NCBI RefSeq assembly: GCF_042660085.1
Contig: NZ_JBHSTI010000008.1
Location: 2,205,604-2,237,603 of the forward strand
DNA: 32,000 nucleotides
DNA from: Longivirga aurantiaca
GTDB lineage: Bacteria; Actinomycetota; Actinomycetes; S36-B12; CAIYMF01
Reading direction: 5' to 3'
The position numbers and the translations under genes are program-made. How positions within the stretch are numbered: the first letter of the stretch is position 1; every line of letters begins with the position of its first letter. Of the stretch, positions 28,205 through 32,000 are shown piece after piece. The notes under the pieces are model-generated. The model did no database searches. It worked only from the letters and a program-made list of their open reading frames with translations, and had not been told where the DNA came from.

Positions 28205-29506
28205 TCAGCCGGAAGCCGGTGGGAGCGCCGGCAGGGCGCGCTGGCGGAGCCAGCCGTCGAACAGGTCGGAGAGCGGAACGCCCGCCACCCGCACCGCGAG
28301 CGACTCGAACATCTCGCTGCTGACCGAGCCGTAGCGGTGCCGCTCGACCCACGTGCGCAGGAGCGTGAAGAACGTGTCGTCGCCGATCGTCAGCCGCAGC
28401 GAGTGCAGCAGGAGGGCACCTCGCTTGTAGACGCGGTCGTCGAACATGAGGTCGGGCCCCGGGTCGCCGAGCAGGAGGTCCTGCGGCTTCGCAGCCAGCC
28501 TGGCCCAGTGGTCGCGGGCTCGCCCATCGGCGGAGCGACCTCCCGACTCCTCGGACCACAGCCACTCGCAGTAGCAGGCGAATCCCTCGTGCAGCCAGAT
28601 GTCGCGCCAGGACGACGCGGTGACGGCGTTGCCGAACCACTGGTGCGACAGCTCGTGCGCCACGAGGCGGACGTTGTCCCAGTCGTCGGTCAGGAAGTTC
28701 GACCCGAAGGTCGACATCCCTTGCGCCTCCAGCGGTATGTCCAGCTCGTCCTCGGTGATCACCACGGTGTAGCCGGCGAACGGGTACGGGCCGAACGTGC
28801 GGGCGTAGAAGTCGAGCATGGCCGGCTGGTCGCCGAAGGCGGAGTCGTACTGGCGCAGGAGCCGCTGCGGGAGCACGGCCGTCATCGGGACGGACGAGCC
28901 CTCCACCCGGTGGGCCACGTAGCGGCCGATCTGCACCGTCGCGAGGTACGTCGCCATCGGCTCGTGCTGCTCGTAGACCCACCTGGTCGTGCTGGCCGAG
29001 CGCCACCGGCTGGTGCACATTCCGTTGGCGACCACGTGGTATGCGTTGGGCGCCGTCAGCTCGATGCGGTAGGTCGCCTTGTCGTCCGGGCGGTCGTTGC
29101 ACGGGAACCACGAGGGCGCGCCGTTGGTCTGGCCCGCGACGAGGACTCCGTCGGCGAGCTCCTCCCAGCCGCACTCGTCGTCGCCGTCGGGCACGGGCTT
29201 CGGCTGTCCGCCGTAGCTCACGACGACGCGGAACCCCTCCGCCGCCTTGATCGGGCGCCGCGGCACCACGACCAGGTGGTCGGCGCGGGCGGTGTACCGG
29301 GCAGCGCCGCCGTCGACCGTCACCTTCGTGACGCGGAGCCCGGAGAGGTCGAGCCGCAGCTGACGCAGGTCCACGACCGCCTCGGCCGTCAGCGCCGCCT
29401 TGCCGCGGAGGTGGTTGGTGTCGACGTCGTACGACAGCGTGAGGTCGTAGTGCGACACCGCGTACGAACGGTCCCCACGATGCGGGAAGTACTCCGGCGC
29501 CTTCAC
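28205..29506 (-). CDS. M1-family zinc metallopeptidase (aminopeptidase N-like, ~433 aa, no signal peptide seen)
   Basis: HEXXH-X18-E zinc site HELSHQWFGNAVTASSWRDIWLHEGFA (HELSH at 28657-28643), with a GAMEN-position variant DIPLEAQ upstream. GTG at 29506 is preceded by GAGGAG and overlaps the stop of the NRPS gene (GTGA). Confidence 0.88.
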   Translation of the reverse strand: MKAPEYFPHRGDRSYAVSHYDLTLSYDVDTNHLRGKAALTAEAVVDLRQLRLDLSGLRVTKVTVDGGAARYTARADHLVVVPRRPIKAAEGFRVVVSYGGQPKPVPDGDDECGWEELADGVLVAGQTNGAPSWFPCNDRPDDKATYRIELTAPNAYHVVANGMCTSRWRSASTTRWVYEQHEPMATYLATVQIGRYVAHRVEGSSVPMTAVLPQRLLRQYDSAFGDQPAMLDFYARTFGPYPFAGYTVVITEDELDIPLEAQGMSTFGSNFLTDDWDNVRLVAHELSHQWFGNAVTASSWRDIWLHEGFACYCEWLWSEESGGRSADGRARDHWARLAAKPQDLLLGDPGPDLMFDDRVYKRGALLLHSLRLTIGDDTFFTLLRTWVERHRYGSVSSEMFESLAVRVAGVPLSDLFDGWLRQRALPALPPASG

Positions 29507-32000
29507 TCGTCTCCTCGGACGTCGACCTGCTGCCACGGACCGATCGGGTTGCCGATCCACCGCGTCTTGTCGGGCACGAACTCCCCGCGCATCACCAGCG
29601 ACACCGGCCCGACCGTGGCATGCCGCCCGAGCGTGGCCGCGGGAAGGATGACGCTGTTGGGGCCGAGGGTCGAGCCGGTCCGCAGCGTGACCGTGTCCAT
29701 GCTGAGCACGCGGTCGTGGAACAGGTGCGTCTGCACCACGCAGCCCTGGTTGACGGTGGCTCCTGCCTGGAGGTTGATGAGGTCTGCCTCGGGGAGCCAA
29801 TAGGTCTCGCACCACACCCCTCGTCCGATCCTCGCACCCAGCGAGCGCAGCCAGAGGTTGAGGACCGGCGTACCCGTCGCGGGCCGGGCGAACCACGGTG
29901 CAGCCACGGCCTCGACGAAGGTGTCCGCCAGCTCGTTGCGCCACACGAACGAGCTCCAGAGAGGGTGGTCGCCGACACGGAGCCGACCGACGAGGACCCA
30001 CTTGGCCAGCGTCGTCACCGAGGCAGCAGCCGTCGCGGCCGCGATGACGACGAGCCCGCTCAGCAGCGCCGCCGTCCACCAGCCGTACGCCGAGGCGAGC
30101 GCGATCTGGGCGACCACGACGCCGAGCCCGACCGCGACTCCGACCATCACGGGGACGAGCCGGCACAGCTCGACCAGGACGCGCGCGACCTTCAGGCGCG
30201 ACGGCGGGTCGTAGGTGCGGCTCCGGTCGGCCTTCTGCTCGACCCTGCGCAGCTTGGTCGGGGGGCTGCCGAGCCACGAGGTGCCGCTCTTGGCCTTCGT
30301 CCGGCGTGGCGCCGCGGACAGCACGGCGACGAGCCCGCGCTTGGGCACCTTGCGGCCGGGGGCTGCCATCCCGGAGTTGCCCACGAACGCGTGCTTCCCG
30401 ATCTCGACGTGCTCCACCCGCAGCCAGCCGCCGCCGAGCTCGTACCCGCCGAGGAGCGTGTCGTCGGCGAGGAAGGCCCCCTCGCGCACCGCGGTCAGCT
30501 TGGGGATGAGAAGGACGGTCGAAGCCTCGACGCCCGGCCCGACGCTCGCACCCAACGAGCGCAGCCAGGCCGGCGTGAGCGAGCTCGAGTAGAGCGGGAA
30601 CAGCCACGTCCGCGCCTCGTCGAGCGCACGCAGGGTCGCCCACGCCTGCCAGGCCCTCAGCCCGTGCACCGGATGCGCCCCCGGCACGAGCCCGACCCCG
30701 AGCAGCCGCACGACGAGCCAGATGAGCAGGGCCAGGACCAGGAGGGCGACGACCGTCGCGACCGGCAGCCAGAGCATCGCGCGCAGCGCGGCCGCCCCCA
30801 CCGATCCGGCACCGGTCAGCTGCGGTGCGACGACGGCGAGGGCAGCGACGGTGGCGACGCCGGGGAGCGCAGCGATGACGACCGCGATCCCGGTGTAGGC
30901 GACCACCCACACCGGGCGGTTGCGCGGGCGCTCGTCCCACGGGCCGCGTGCCGCCTTGCGCAGCCGCGCAGGCGCGCCGGCCCACATCTCCCCCGCCGGC
31001 ACGACGTCGAAGACCGCCGACCCCGGCGCGATCTCCGCGCCGGCGCCGATGACCGCACCGGGAGCGAGCGTGCTGCGCATGCCGATCCGCGCGTCGGGCC
31101 CGATCTCGATGGCGCCGACACGCAGCAGGTCGCCGTCGAGCCAGTGGCCCGAGAGGTCGACCTCGGGCTCGACCGAGCACCCGTCGCCGAGCACGAGGTG
31201 GCCGGTGACGGGCGGGATCGAGTGGAGGTCGACGTGCCGACCGACGCGCACCCCGAGCAGCCGCGCGTAGAGCCGCATGAGCGTTGCTCCGGCGAGGTTC
31301 GCTGCACCGAGCTCCTCCGCCAGCCGCTCGGCGAACCACACCCGCAGGTGCACGGGACCACCGCGCGGATAGGTGCCCGGGCCGATGCCTGCGAGCACCA
31401 GCCGCGCACCGGCAGCGGTCAGCAGCATGCGGCCGGGAGCCGACACCAGCAGGAGCCAGGCGACGACGATGACGGGCCACGGCGCCGTGGGCAGCCAGCC
31501 GACGCCGAGCCACTGCGACGCAGCCGTGGTGCCGAACGCGACCCACGTGAGCCAGCGCAGACCGGTGATCGCGCGGAGCGGAAGGGTGAGCAGGACCTGC
31601 ACGATCTGCGATCCACGGGACACCGGGTGCACCGTGCGGTCGACGTACGCCGCCGGGGTGGCCAGCTCGTCGAGCGCCAGGGCGAGGTCGCCGATCCGAG
31701 GGTGGTCGTAGACCTCGGCGACCGTGACCTCGGGGTACGTCGCGCGCAGCCGCGAGACGAGCTGCGCGGCCGCGAGGCTGCCGCCCCCGAGGTCGAAGAA
31801 GTCGTCCTCGGTGCTGGTCACCGTCGCCCCGAGGATGTCGGCCCAGATGTCCTGCAGCTGCCCGGCGGTGCCCTCGAGGCGCGTCGTCTCGGTCGTGTCG
31901 ACGCTCGCGAGCGGCCACGGAAGCGCGTCGCGGTCGATCTTGCCGGAGGTGCGCGTCGGCAGCGTCTCGACCTGCGCGAGCCGAGGGACGAGCGCTGCCG
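29503..32000 (-). CDS. Pls/PosA-type single-module NRPS, 3' portion (end of A domain, PCP, three TM-flanked acyltransferase-like domains); 5' end outside window
   Basis: The frame is open from 31998 to the TGA at 29503. It contains the A10 motif LPTRTSGKIDRDAL (31962-31921) and the PCP motif LQDIWADILG...DDFFDLGGGSL (Ser codon 31779-31777). About 700 aa follow, with six hydrophobic helices in pairs alternating with three related soluble domains. The track ORF start at 31821 is an internal Val. Confidence 0.88.
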   Translation of the reverse strand, partial: AALVPRLAQVETLPTRTSGKIDRDALPWPLASVDTTETTRLEGTAGQLQDIWADILGATVTSTEDDFFDLGGGSLAAAQLVSRLRATYPEVTVAEVYDHPRIGDLALALDELATPAAYVDRTVHPVSRGSQIVQVLLTLPLRAITGLRWLTWVAFGTTAASQWLGVGWLPTAPWPVIVVAWLLLVSAPGRMLLTAAGARLVLAGIGPGTYPRGGPVHLRVWFAERLAEELGAANLAGATLMRLYARLLGVRVGRHVDLHSIPPVTGHLVLGDGCSVEPEVDLSGHWLDGDLLRVGAIEIGPDARIGMRSTLAPGAVIGAGAEIAPGSAVFDVVPAGEMWAGAPARLRKAARGPWDERPRNRPVWVVAYTGIAVVIAALPGVATVAALAVVAPQLTGAGSVGAAALRAMLWLPVATVVALLVLALLIWLVVRLLGVGLVPGAHPVHGLRAWQAWATLRALDEARTWLFPLYSSSLTPAWLRSLGASVGPGVEASTVLLIPKLTAVREGAFLADDTLLGGYELGGGWLRVEHVEIGKHAFVGNSGMAAPGRKVPKRGLVAVLSAAPRRTKAKSGTSWLGSPPTKLRRVEQKADRSRTYDPPSRLKVARVLVELCRLVPVMVGVAVGLGVVVAQIALASAYGWWTAALLSGLVVIAAATAAASVTTLAKWVLVGRLRVGDHPLWSSFVWRNELADTFVEAVAAPWFARPATGTPVLNLWLRSLGARIGRGVWCETYWLPEADLINLQAGATVNQGCVVQTHLFHDRVLSMDTVTLRTGSTLGPNSVILPAATLGRHATVGPVSLVMRGEFVPDKTRWIGNPIGPWQQVDVRGDE

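Noticed and set aside
27050-29174. Minus-strand ORFs 27050..28153, 27055..27369 and 27261..29174
   Set aside because: They overlap both tRNA genes and the PPTase/peptidase genes out of frame, and their translations are Arg/Gly/Pro-rich shadow sequence.
29507-31918. Upstream 2.4 kb of track ORF 28205..31918 (1237 aa)
   Set aside because: Only the last 433 codons (from the GTG at 29506, with an SD and M1 peptidase motifs) make sense. The upstream part is an out-of-frame shadow over the Pls-like NRPS gene and translates to Arg/Pro/Gly-rich nonsense.
27270-32000. Calling the accessory region a mobile element or genomic island
   Set aside because: No integrase, transposase or second att end is visible inside the window, and base composition looks like the rest. 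Only the att-like 13-mer is reported as an observation.

Overview
Very GC-rich actinobacterial chromosomal segment. Third codon positions are almost uniformly G/C, so the ORF track is full of long spurious antisense or shadow ORFs. All family calls below rest on motifs I recognise by eye; no searches were run. From about 1 to 27.3 kb the window is a housekeeping block in the order I recall for Streptomyces-type genomes. On the minus strand: proB, obg, rpmA, rplU, rne, a TIGR03936/TIGR03960 radical-SAM pair, rodA, pbp2 (mrdA), mreD, mreC, mreB, ndk, DUF4233 and folC, with a DUF1905 gene on the plus strand between proB and obg. Then come valS and an orphan proline-rich membrane protein (plus strand), followed by clpX, clpP2, clpP1, tig and tRNA-Pro(TGG) (minus strand) and tRNA-Gly(TCC) (plus strand). 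Several intergenic GC-rich hairpins look like factor-independent terminators or attenuators. The divergent folC/valS pair and the orphan gene have TANNNT -10 boxes placed as expected for leaderless mRNAs. Core synteny ends immediately after tRNA-Gly. There is a 13-bp duplicate of the tRNA 3' end and two 27-bp direct repeats, followed by an accessory cassette. The cassette is an Sfp-type 4'-phosphopantetheinyl transferase (plus strand) converging, 2 bp stop to stop, on an M1 zinc metallopeptidase. That peptidase is translationally coupled (GTGA overlap) to the 3' ~2.5 kb of a Pls/PosA-type membrane-embedded single-module NRPS. The visible part of the NRPS is the A10 motif, the PCP domain, then three TM-flanked acyltransferase-like domains; its 5' end lies beyond position 32000. 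This candidate homopoly(amino acid) synthetase cassette, with unknown monomer, is the most interesting content. Secondary observations are a sortase-signal-like C-terminal tail on PBP2, the function-unknown radical-SAM pair next to rne, tandem hairpins between mreB and mreC, and short tandem repeats upstream of tig.
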